A DNA stretch of 64,000 nt from an uncultured Pseudomonadota bacterium (GTDB lineage Bacteria; Oederibacteriota; Muellerivitia; Muellerivitales; Muellerivitaceae), in the NCBI GenBank assembly GCA_963843375.1, contig CAWJKT010000011.1, forward strand, positions 352,001-416,000. The letters are read 5' to 3'. Of this stretch, positions 10,826 to 21,000 are shown piece after piece. The translations under genes and the position numbers were made by a program. The notes below the pieces were generated by a model. That model was not told the DNA's origin, searched no databases, and saw only the letters and a program-made list of their open reading frames with translations. Within the stretch, counting starts at the first letter, position 1. Every line of letters begins with the position of its first letter.

Positions 10826-12033
10826 TTTCACCACCGAAGCCTGAACCGGAAAGGCCCGACGACAATTTTTTTACCCGCACCTTTCGATTTGAATTAGCGC
10901 CTTCTACCATTATTACTCTTGTTTTGGTCCTTGCCGGTTTGTGGCTGTTGTTCAAGCTTTTACCGGTCCTTCTCGTTTTAATCGCGGCTTTTTTTATGGT
11001 GGGAACCCTGAATCCGGCCGTTCACTGGCTGGAAAGCAAGAAGATCGGCCGGAGACTCTCAATCGCTATCGTTTTTATTTCCCTTCTGGTCGTCACCTTG
11101 GCGGTTGCCTTCCTGACGGTTCCGGCGCTTCTGGCGGAGGGGTCTTCGATCCTGGAACAGGAACCGGTTTTACGAGCCCAATTGGCGGACCGACTTTCCG
11201 GATTTCCCTTAAGCGCAGCTCTGGCGAAATGGCTTCGCAATTTTAAATACGGCGGGCCGGTCAGTACAGAAGGGGCCACAGCTTTCGCCTACTCAATGGA
11301 TGCCCTAAAGTTTATAGCCTATACTATGAGCGCCATTTTTTTGGCCCTCTATATCATGCTCGATCGGGACCGGTTGAGGGGTGGTCTTTTCGCCATCGTT
11401 CCGAGATCGCACCACATCCGTCTTTCCCGAGTGATGATGAACCTGGAAACCATCGTGGGTGCCTATATCCGGGGACAAGTGATTACGAGCGTCGCCGTCG
11501 GCATATTTATTTTGATCCTTTTGACAGCTTGCGGCGTTGAAAACGCCTTGGCTCTTGCGTTATTCGGCGCCATTTCGGACATCCTGCCTTATATCGGCAT
11601 CTTTCTTCCCATGGTTACGGGAGTTCTTTCGGCGGTTCCGCACGGTCCGGTGATCACTATGGTGGTTTTTGCGTTGATGCTCTTTTACATGGAATTCGAG
11701 AGCAGGGTGATTGTGCCCAGGGTTTACGGCCGGGCTTTGCGCCTGCCTTCGACAGTGGTCCTCTTTTCGCTTTTGGCCGGAGGGACTTTGATGGGGATCA
11801 CGGGAGCCTTGCTTGCGCTTCCTTTCGCGGCGGCGGCAATGATGCTAATCGAGGAACTGAGGGTGCAATTGCCCGGGGTACAGGTGCAAGTGGCGGATGA
11901 AGTCCAGCGGGAGAAGGATGACCAAGGGGAAGAAGAATATGAACGCCGTACCGAGGGAGTGTCGGCGGAAAAATCCGCCGCCATCGCGGTTGAAATTTCG
12001 GGGGATCGAGAGAAGGAAGAAAGCAATCACTGA
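10822..12033 (+). CDS. AI-2E (PerM/TqsA) family transporter
   Basis: LNPAVHWLE, AYIRGQ, ILPYIG, GTLMGITGALLALP; multiple TM segments. Confidence 0.9.
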   Translation: MISPPKPEPERPDDNFFTRTFRFELAPSTIITLVLVLAGLWLLFKLLPVLLVLIAAFFMVGTLNPAVHWLESKKIGRRLSIAIVFISLLVVTLAVAFLTVPALLAEGSSILEQEPVLRAQLADRLSGFPLSAALAKWLRNFKYGGPVSTEGATAFAYSMDALKFIAYTMSAIFLALYIMLDRDRLRGGLFAIVPRSHHIRLSRVMMNLETIVGAYIRGQVITSVAVGIFILILLTACGVENALALALFGAISDILPYIGIFLPMVTGVLSAVPHGPVITMVVFALMLFYMEFESRVIVPRVYGRALRLPSTVVLFSLLAGGTLMGITGALLALPFAAAAMMLIEELRVQLPGVQVQVADEVQREKDDQGEEEYERRTEGVSAEKSAAIAVEISGDREKEESNH

Positions 12034-12145
12034 AAAAGGTTGAGGCGTGAAATCGGTGGAATGGCGTGCAGAAATCTTCCGTTCGGCATTTGGGAAATCG
12101 GAAAGTTCATTGTTTCCTGGTTCAAACGGATCACTCCGGTTGTCC

Positions 12146-12159
12146 GGTCAATGAATTGC
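12146..12159 (+). promoter_or_regulatory. Possible sigma54 promoter
   Basis: GGTCAATGAATTGC (GG-N10-GC) about 47 nt upstream of 12206; no ATCA box seen nearby. Confidence 0.35.
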
Positions 12160-12205
12160 GCTACTACAGTCAATGTCATTAAAAGATTCAAGGGGTATTA
12201 AGTAA

Positions 12206-13336
12206 ATGAAAAGCAGTTTGCCTGTCCACACGGGTCGAAAACAGATGGTGCCGGTTTTATTATTAGCCCTTATCCTGCTTGGGACCGGGGGATGTGGAAC
12301 GGTCACCCTTCATCCCATGCCGGTATTGCCTGCCCCGGTAACCGGTTTTCCACCTACGAAACCCGCTTTGGTACGCCTGCCGATTGATATCATTTTTCCC
12401 GGCGGTGGCGGTCCCCTGCGAACGGTTAGCAACTTTTTGAAAGGCCAGGTGAGCCAAATGATACCGGACCTTCTGAAGATGCCGGACCTTTTGAAAATGC
12501 CCGGGTTCCGTTTGATGTCCCGCATAAGGGCTCTTTGGACAAAGATGGATGTGCCGATTCGGTTGGATAAAGGCCTCTGGCTTTTAATTCGGCCCGAGAC
12601 TTTGAGCGTGGGAAAGATGAGAACCGACCTTAAACGGTCTTCGACCGCCCATGTGGTTTTGGAAATGGTGGCTAATCCCGAGATCGTCTTTGGAGCTGAA
12701 CCCATGACCACCCCTGTGGCCATGCCCCCACTTCAACACTTTCAGCCAGGCCCGGGGATTTTTCAAGCGGTGAGTAATGTCCGTATTACATATAAGGAAG
12801 CAAATCAATACTTGAGGGACCCCCGGATGAAGCTCATTGGCATGGTAATTCCCGGCACAGGTGAACGAAAGCTGACCCTTGAGGGAGTTCGGTTGTACGG
12901 TTCCGGTGGCAAGGTAATTGTCGAAGTTAAACTACACTACAATCCACCGATTATCAATTTCACCGGTAAGCCGGCTAATCTGACGGTTTATCTCACGGGC
13001 ACCCCCCGTTTTCTTCCAAAAGAAAGGATCATTGACCTGCCGGATCTGGACTATGACATTAAGTCCAGCGACTTAATGGTCCAAGTCGCCGATTGGCTTT
13101 TCAAATCTGATTTTAGAGACGAAATGCGCCGGGCTGCGAAGGTTCCCGTCGGGTTTAAAATGGATCTCCTTAAAGAAAAAATAAGCAAGGGCTTGAACCG
13201 TCGCCTGAGCCCCTTGACTTGCCTCAGCACGCAAGTGAATTCTTTTAAGGTGTTGGATGGATTTGTGGACAATGATGGGATTCAAGTGCGCCTTTCCATT
13301 GAGGGAACGGCGACCATGGAAGTGATCTGGAAATAA
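12206..13336 (+). CDS. DUF4403-like lipoprotein
   Basis: Lipobox GGC; W...PI.LD..LWLLIRPE; G.VYLTGTP...I...DLDYDI. Confidence 0.65.
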   Translation: MKSSLPVHTGRKQMVPVLLLALILLGTGGCGTVTLHPMPVLPAPVTGFPPTKPALVRLPIDIIFPGGGGPLRTVSNFLKGQVSQMIPDLLKMPDLLKMPGFRLMSRIRALWTKMDVPIRLDKGLWLLIRPETLSVGKMRTDLKRSSTAHVVLEMVANPEIVFGAEPMTTPVAMPPLQHFQPGPGIFQAVSNVRITYKEANQYLRDPRMKLIGMVIPGTGERKLTLEGVRLYGSGGKVIVEVKLHYNPPIINFTGKPANLTVYLTGTPRFLPKERIIDLPDLDYDIKSSDLMVQVADWLFKSDFRDEMRRAAKVPVGFKMDLLKEKISKGLNRRLSPLTCLSTQVNSFKVLDGFVDNDGIQVRLSIEGTATMEVIWK

Positions 13337-13545
13337 GTAATGATGATAAAGTTATTTTTCTTATTTTTTTCGGCAAACCTGTTAATTCAACAATTAAAAT
13401 CGAGATATTGAATCAATGGAAATTGTGAACATGAGACCCGCTCCAGAGAAAGAGGTTGCTTTTCAAGGGTTCGTCAAAAATGGAACCAGCCTAGACGAAG
13501 TCAAAAAAACCAGTGTCTTGAAAAGGCCTTTTGAAAATGAAAGAG

Positions 13546-13911
13546 TTACTTTTTTTTCTTAACCACTGGTTTTTTCCCGTTTAAAGTCAACCAAAGACTA
13601 GTCGCCAAAACACCCGCGGCGGCGGCCATGACAACCGCTTTCTTGGGATTTTTTTCGATGTAATGTTGGGCCTTTTTTTCATATTTTTCGTAATTTTGTT
13701 TGGCTTTCTGCAGTTTCTTTTTAGACCGACTCACTTCGTCTAGAAACCTTTTGTAATTTTTGTCGCCCGTTATTTGGTGTTCGAGCAACGAAAGTTTGTT
13801 TTTACCCTCAGTTAGATACTTAAGGATTTGATTTTTCAGCCTTCCCCTACCGGTTTCATTCTCGTCAAATGAACCCATGGTTTTCGTCTTTTCGTCGTTT
13901 GTCATTTTCAA
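13546..13911 (-). CDS. DUF883/ElaB/YqjD-like tail-anchored protein
   Basis: Coiled coil then YIEKNPKKAVVMAAAAGVL C-terminal TM and basic tail. Confidence 0.6.
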   Translation of the reverse strand: MKMTNDEKTKTMGSFDENETGRGRLKNQILKYLTEGKNKLSLLEHQITGDKNYKRFLDEVSRSKKKLQKAKQNYEKYEKKAQHYIEKNPKKAVVMAAAAGVLATSLWLTLNGKKPVVKKKK

Positions 13912-13925
13912 ATCTCCCTAATCTT

Positions 13926-14240
13926 TTATTTTGTTGATGGAACCATCAACTTCAAAACCAATAACCCCAAAAGCCCCCCAAAGATAAAAACAACTCCGCG
14001 GGGGACACCGCCGTAATCAATCGCCACAAAAAACACTCCGAGGATTAAGAAAGCCAGACTCATAAAAATCGAAAGGCCCATAACGACCGTTTTTACCACC
14101 CATCCTTCGAACGGCCTCTTGTGTTTTTGCAAGGATTTTTCGACCTGATCTTCGATGGATACGACGCCTTTTAAAGCCCCGACACCTACCGCCCATAAGC
14201 GGCTAAAGATGGAAGTTTCTTCCGCTTTTTTGCCTGACAT
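13926..14240 (-). CDS. Two-TM membrane protein (phage-holin/YqjE-like)
   Basis: Two TM helices; upstream of the DUF883-like gene. ATG 14240 preferred because a sigma54 motif lies at 14308-14321, inside the longer ORF. Confidence 0.55.
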   Translation of the reverse strand: MSGKKAEETSIFSRLWAVGVGALKGVVSIEDQVEKSLQKHKRPFEGWVVKTVVMGLSIFMSLAFLILGVFFVAIDYGGVPRGVVFIFGGLLGLLVLKLMVPSTK

Positions 14241-14307
14241 TTTGATTTTCTTTCGAACCGCTACCGATTTTAAAACGAACAAAAGATCGCTTTCATTAAG
14301 TAAGAAA

Positions 14308-14321
14308 GCAAGAAACGAGCC
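14308..14321 (-). promoter_or_regulatory. sigma54 promoter (leftward)
   Basis: Minus strand GGCTCGTTTCTTGC. Confidence 0.7.
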
Positions 14322-14386
14322 GCGCACTGGATCGGACATTGTCGGGCCTATTTGGAACTTCTGATGATTTGTCTCTTCTAAAAAGA

Positions 14387-14419
14387 ATCAAAATGATGTT
14401 CGGGAACAATCGTTTTGAT
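14387..14419. promoter_or_regulatory. Tandem ATCA-N3-TGAT boxes between divergent sigma54 promoters
   Basis: ATCAAAATGAT (14387-14397) and ATCGTTTTGAT (14409-14419). Confidence 0.7.
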
Positions 14420-14491
14420 CTGTTAAAAGCGGGGGAATCCGCTCAAAAGTCCTTTTTCCAAAAAAACCAATATCTTTTCGAACTTTCGTGC

Positions 14492-14505
14492 GGCATTGAA
14501 CTTGC
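14492..14505 (+). promoter_or_regulatory. sigma54 promoter (rightward)
   Basis: GGCATTGAACTTGC. Confidence 0.72.
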
Positions 14506-14541
14506 TCTATTTATATTGTGAAAATATTGAGGAGGAAGATC

Positions 14542-14940
14542 ATGAAAGGTTCAACTTTTTTAGCTGTTTCTGTTTTGTTGATGTGGATGACCGGGTTGGT
14601 TTCGGCCCAAACCATGATCCCGACAACATCAATGCCGATATCCGACTTGCCGACAACCGGAGGCGCGGGCGGTGGGCCCTCATCGAAGGCCGAAATAAAT
14701 GCCCGGATCACGAACCAACAAACCCGGATCGACGCTGACTCAAAAGTGGGAAAACTGACAAACGAGCAGGCAAAACCCCTTACTTGTTCTTTGAAAAAGA
14801 TCAAGAAGCAAAAGAAAGCCGATTACGCTGAAAATGGGAAAAAAGAACTGACCAGCGACCAAAAAACGGATTTAAACAACAAGTTGAATTCAAACGAGGC
14901 CAATCTCACTAATACCAATGGGGTTAAGAATACGAACTGA
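14542..14940 (+). CDS. Secreted helical hypothetical protein
   Basis: GAGGAGG RBS before ATG 14542; signal peptide; RITNQQTRI...GKLT..QA..L and ELTSDQK..LN repeats. Confidence 0.75.
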   Translation: MKGSTFLAVSVLLMWMTGLVSAQTMIPTTSMPISDLPTTGGAGGGPSSKAEINARITNQQTRIDADSKVGKLTNEQAKPLTCSLKKIKKQKKADYAENGKKELTSDQKTDLNNKLNSNEANLTNTNGVKNTN

Positions 14941-15078
14941 TCCGTTCCTTTTACTTGATTCGCTGATGGGCAATCTGTAAAGCGTAACCCAGCCATGGAA
15001 AAGAAAGATAAGATTTTTTTCACTGCCCGCTTTCCAAAAAGGAATAGGGCCGTGTTTCAAATGGGTCCGTGCATTTCT

Positions 15079-18000
15079 TTATTCTCCTATGATGACTTTA
15101 ACGAAATGGCTTTTCCGGTCATCCCTCAGCGCGAGGGCCGCGTCCGAAGTTTGAACAACTTCGCCATCCAATTCAATCCGTTGAACACCTTTTGAACGGT
15201 GATCCGGATTTTCAAATTGGATCTCATATGAAGTGGATTCGTGCCGATAGAAAACCTTGTAACCGGGCCATTCCTTTGGGATACAGGGGTTGAAATAAAG
15301 ATGATTTCCCCTTCGATGGATACCCAATATAAATTCAATGCCGGCGCGGTACATCCAGCCGGAAGAACCGGTATACCAAGTCCAGCCGCCTCTCCCCAGA
15401 TGAGGCTCTTTTCCATACACATCGGCGGCGATGACATAAGGCTCCACCTTGTAAATGTTGACGGCTGTGCGGGTTAGGGCGTGGTTAATGGGGTTCAACA
15501 TCGAAAACAATTCGTTGGCCCGGTTTCCCATTCCCAGTTTGGCGTAAGCGCAAAGGCACCAAACAGCCGCGTGTGTATATTGGCCCCCGTTTTCCCGTAC
15601 CCCCGGAACATAACCTTTTATATAGCCCGGGTCTTTTGGGGTTTGATCGAATGGCGGGGTAAATAAGAGGACTAATTGGTCTTCTTTACGGATGAGTTTT
15701 TCTTCCACGGATTTCATGGCTTGAATGGCCCTACCGGAATCGGCGGCTTTGGATAAAACGGCCCAAGTTTGAGCGATCGAATCGATTTTGCATTCTGTGT
15801 TTTCGCTTGAACCCAAAGGGAAACCATCATCGAAAAAAGCCCGCTTGTACCATTTCCCATCCCAGCCGTTTGTTTCCAAGGCGGTTTTCAATTTGAGCGC
15901 GTGTTCGATCCAAATCTCCCTTCTCTTGTCGTCCCCGTTCTTGCCAGCCAAGGGCGCCATTTCAGTCAATATTTCATGGAGGAACCAGGCCAGCCAAATG
16001 CTTTCCCCCTTACCCTCGTGGCCGACGCGGTTCATTCCGTCGTTCCAATCGCCGCTGCCCATGAGAGGCAAGCCGTGGACTCCGGTTAGCAGACTGATAT
16101 CGACAGCCCGGGCGCAATGCTCGTAAAGACTCAGAGGCGGTTTAGGGGAAACGGAGGGCTCGAAATAAGAATCGTCCTGGCCGGAATTTAATTTGGGGCC
16201 CTCCAAAAAAGGGACGAGTTCCTCAAGCAGGGTTGGGTCTTCCGTAACCCTTAAATAATGGAGGACAACATAAGGAAGCCAAAGCCGATCGTCCGAGATA
16301 TTGGTCCTTACCCCGCGTCCCAAGGGAGGATGCCACCAATGCTGGACATCCCCCTCCTCAAATTGCCGGGCGGCGGTTTTTAGGATATGGGCGCGGGCCA
16401 ACGGGAGGATCCGAGGCCATTATGGCCATGACATCCTGCAATTGATCCCGGAATCCAAAAGCACCTCCGGCTTGATAGAAGGCGGCCCTGGCCCAAAAGC
16501 GGCAGGCCAAGGTCTGATAAAGAAGCCAGCGATTAAGAAGGATATCCATGGAACGGTCCGGCGTCTTGACCTGGATTCTTCCCAAGAGCCGATCCCAATT
16601 TTGAGTCACGGTTTGAAGTTGGGCTCTTGAGATCCGCCAACCGGATTTTCCGAACCAACTGGCGGGCATGGTCCTTGTTTTCCCCTTGGCCCAGGAAAAA
16701 GGTGATCTCCTTTTTCTCGCCTGGCGCAAGCTCGATCTGGGTTTGCAAAACGCCGCAGGGATCCAAACCCGCTCCGGTGGAACCGCTTAAGCGCTCCCGG
16801 TGCAATAGGCCTTTCGGGTCTCTCCAAAGTTCCGTTCCTTCCGATAAACTCCGACCGGTCGGCAGTCCATGACACTTGCGTTCCATTGAGATCGAAAAAG
16901 GAAACCCGGTTTCCAAACTCAATATTGAGGGGATTGAAGGCAAAGAGCACCCCGGATTCGATATCCCTTTCCGTCACGATCGAAGGGGCCGTTTTGACCC
17001 TCGAGAAACCCAGAACCCATTCCACATAGCCTGTCACCGACAGGCGCCGAGGCCTGGAGGAAAGGTTTTTAAACACGAGTCGGGAGACCTTCACCGGGTC
17101 ATCGGGATCGACGAATTGAGTGAGTTCGCTGTGGATTTCGTTGGAACCATTTTCGAAAACGCTGTAACCGGCTCCATGTCGGGCCACATAAGCGGAGCCT
17201 TCCAGTCGGATAGGGGAGGCGGTGGGGGACCAGATTTGACCGGAATCCAGGTCGCTTATGAAGAAGGCTTCGCCGGAAGGGTCCAGAACCGGGTCGTTGG
17301 ACCAGGGGGTAACCTGATTTTCCCGGCTGTTGAGCGCCCAGGTATATCCCGCGCCGGACTCGGACACTTGAAAACCGAACAGGGGATTGGCGATCACATT
17401 GATCCAAGGCGCCGGCGTCCGCTGTCCTTTTTCCAAAATGACCACATATTCACGCCCTTCATCCGCGAATCCGCCGATGCCGTTAAAAAACTCCAACCGG
17501 GGCACGTTGAGGGGGGCTTCGGTGCGGGTTTGAACCCTGAACATTTCTAATTCATCCGACTTTTTGGCGGGAATGGATTTGAAAGTTTCGAATTTTCGCA
17601 CCCGCATGACTTGTTCGGCCAGGGTTCCCTGCCGGTTACTCAAAATAGCCCGAGCCACGGCCAGTAACAATGTTTTTTCCCGGACATCTAGCAAATCGTT
17701 GCGCAGGACGAAGATTCTTCCTGCGGGTAGGTCGGGGTTTCCCGAGGAGGTGGCTTCACTCCCTCGAGCCAGCCCTTCTAGCGAAGTCTGGAGGTCCTGT
17801 ACGTAGGACGTGGCCTTCTCGTTTAGGATCACGATGTCCACCGAGAGACGCTTCATCCGCCAATACTCGTGGGCGCGGAGCAATTGGCGAACCAGGCCCT
17901 GGTCATCAAGGTCGTCGATACGCACCAAAAGGATCGGAAGGTCACCGGAGATTCCACGGGACCAAAGGCCTGTTACGTTCATTCGGTTTTTCTTCAAGAT

Positions 18001-21000
18001 CTCGCTGGTAGGCCTCATCAGTGGATCGGAGAAGATGATCCGGTTGGCGAGTTTTTGGAAAAGCTGGGCCTCATCGAGGTCGATTCCCAAGTGGTGAAGC
18101 CGAGCTTTCGACTGGGTCCAAACGAGGTTGGAGGTACGTTCGAAAGCGGAAGAGTTATGGTATTTTTCCGCCAGTGCGAGTATTGCGACGCCCGACCCCG
18201 CCACCAGGGTGGTGAAGCAGACTTTGGCGGTTGCGCCCGGCTGGATCCTCACCTTCACCCGAAGACTCAGGATAGGATCCAGAACCGCGCCTGCCGTGTT
18301 GGAAAGGGACCGGCCGTCCATGACGGAGATGGGTCTGCGGAGCGTCCGGCCCCGGCCGATGAATTTCGAGCGGTCGCTTTCATACTCCACTTCGCCAAAG
18401 GTCTCCCCGTTGGAGGAGAGAACCTGGGCCATAAAGATCCGCTCCTCGCCCGCGGATCGGGCCCGGCGGGTCGCCGCCAGCGCCGACAATTCGGGAAGAA
18501 ATTCGGTATGAACAAAAAGGTTCGAGAATGCGGGATGGGCAAGGTCGGCGTCGGGTGAAGCCAGCACCACTTCCGAATAGGACGTGATCTCGATTTCCCG
18601 GACTTCGGTACCCGGATTGGTGAGGGAGAGCCGCCGAAGCTCGGCATCGTCCTCTGTGGAAACGAGGACTTCCATGTCGGTGGCAAGGGAGTGGTCCACC
18701 CGCGAGATCCGTGCCCGGTCCTCCGAAAAGACGACCTGAGATTGAAGCGGATCGACCAGGGTTGGCTGATAAGCCGCCGACCAAACCTCTCCGTTATGAA
18801 GATCTCTCAAAAAAAAGTAGCTCCCATAATGGTCCCGGGTCACATCCTCCCGCCACCGGGTGACCGCGCGATTTTTCCAAAGGCTGTACCCGGAGCCGAC
18901 GGCGGTGATCATGACTGCGTAGCGGCCATTAGACAGCAAATGGGAACTGGGGATAGGATGGTGGGGTGAGCGGATTTTGCGGAGAATGGAAGGAACGAGT
19001 TCCTGAACCTTTTGGATATCCACTTCTTTCACTTGGTCCCGGGCTGCTCCCAGGTTGCGGGGAGTTCTTTCCTGAAGAAGGAGTTCGCCGGCTTGGACGA
19101 GGGCGTCCATGTGAAAGCGCCGCCGTAAGATACCCTGGTGGACCACATTCGAAAGGCTCAGAAGCGACATGCCTTGATGATGGGCCATATAGGAACGTAC
19201 CAGGGCGAAGTTCTCCTTCTCTCTGAGCCGGGAGGGGGTATAGTCCAGGGATTCGTAAAAACCGAATGTTCCCAGGGCCCCCATTTGTTCCAATCTTTTA
19301 AAGTTTTGGAGCGCCTCCCGCGCCTCCACCATGGCCGCCAAAGCAGTCGCGTAGGGAGCCACCACCAAGTCCTTGGAGAGCCCACGCTTCAACCCAAGCC
19401 CTGGAATTCCAAAGGTGGAGTATTGATATGTGAGATCCAGGTCGCGGACATTGTATCCGGATTCTGAGACGCCCCAAGGCACGCCTGTGAAATTCCCGTA
19501 ATGAATTTGCCGACGGACTACCCGATGACAGGTCTGGTCCAGAAGGCTACCCTCAGGTGTTGTCATGATCAAGGATGGCATCAAATATTCGAACATGGAA
19601 CCGGACCAAGAAACCAGCATGGCATCGCCCTTGTCAGCTACCAATCCCCTGCCCAGCCGGAACCAATGGGAAACGGGCACATCCCCCTTAATAATTGCCA
19701 CATAGCTGGCCAGCCGGGCTTCTGAGGCCAGCAGGTCGTAACAACCCTCGTCCAACTGATCCTCTGCCACCCGGTATCCGATGGAAAAAAGCTTCTTTCC
19801 AGGATTCAACAAAAAGCCGAATTCCATTCTGTTAAATAAATCGCTGGCAAGTCCGGCGATTTCCTCCAACCGGTTCAACATTCCGCGCCCGTTTCGGGCC
19901 GAAAGGTCCAGGGCTTCGGCAACCCGATCGAAATAAACCTCGTCCACAGGGGACCGGGACTTGGATTGGCGGATGGATTCGAAAGAAGCCAGCGCCTTTT
20001 CACAATGACTAGGCGTTTCGGCCAGTGTTAGTCCATCCGTGAGGAGACTTTGGATGGAGGAGCGAAATTCCTCCATCTTCACGGAAAGGCCTGGTTGGGT
20101 TTCGTTACCGGGGTGGGCGCCATCCGAAAGGAAATAGACCCAGGGGAACCATTTGCGAAAGTCCCTTATATGGCTTTTAACGCTGTCGGCGACCTGGTCG
20201 GCCCAAGCCGTCGTTTCACTTTTTTCCTGGGCGCGTTGTTCGGCGGCGAAGGAATGAGCTGTGTCCTTTAGTGTTTCGGCGCGGAGGTCTAGTTGATCCC
20301 AATAGGCGGCCCATTTCGAAAGGGAGTCAAAATGGGCCGCTCCGTCCAGTTGTTCCTCGAAAAGGCCAATTTCTTTTTGAAGCTGGCTTAAGGGGGTGAC
20401 CGAGGTCCGGCCATGATGGGGAAGCTCCTGGACCGACCGTTTCAACAGAATCACCGAGTCCTTGATCCCCATCAGGTCGGAGGTTGAAAAAAGCGGCCGA
20501 TGGGCCAAGTCCCGGCAAGCCTGAGATAAAGTGAGGAGATGGCCGGCTAAGTTGCCGCTATCCACCGTGGAAATATATTTGGGTTCCAACGCCTGGAGGG
20601 TCTGGGTGTTATACCAATTGAAAAAATGTCCCCGGAAACGCGGAAGTTTTTCCAGGCTTTTCAGGGCCAATTCCAGGCGGTCAGCCATTTCCCCCAATCC
20701 ACACCAACCGAAATCATGGGCCGTCACCACGGACAAGAGGAATAGTCCGAAATTCGTAGGGGAACCGCGATGGGCAATGACCGGCTCCGGGTCTTCCTGA
20801 AAATTATCGGGAGGCAGGAAGTTGTCTTCAGAGGAGGCAAAATGACTGAAAAACCACCAAGTTCGCCGGCCGTAGAGCCTGAGTTCCCCTGTTTCCTCTG
20901 AACTTAATGGGAGGCTTTCTCCTCTGGACTCGGGCAGGCTGATCCAACGGGCGAACCAGGGAGCAGATAACCATAAGAGGGCAAAGGGGGCGCAGAGGGG

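Noticed and set aside
13926..14240. Holin-like gene as evidence of a prophage
   Set aside because: No phage structural, lysis or integrase genes nearby; pairing with a DUF883-like gene is a typical chromosomal stress arrangement.
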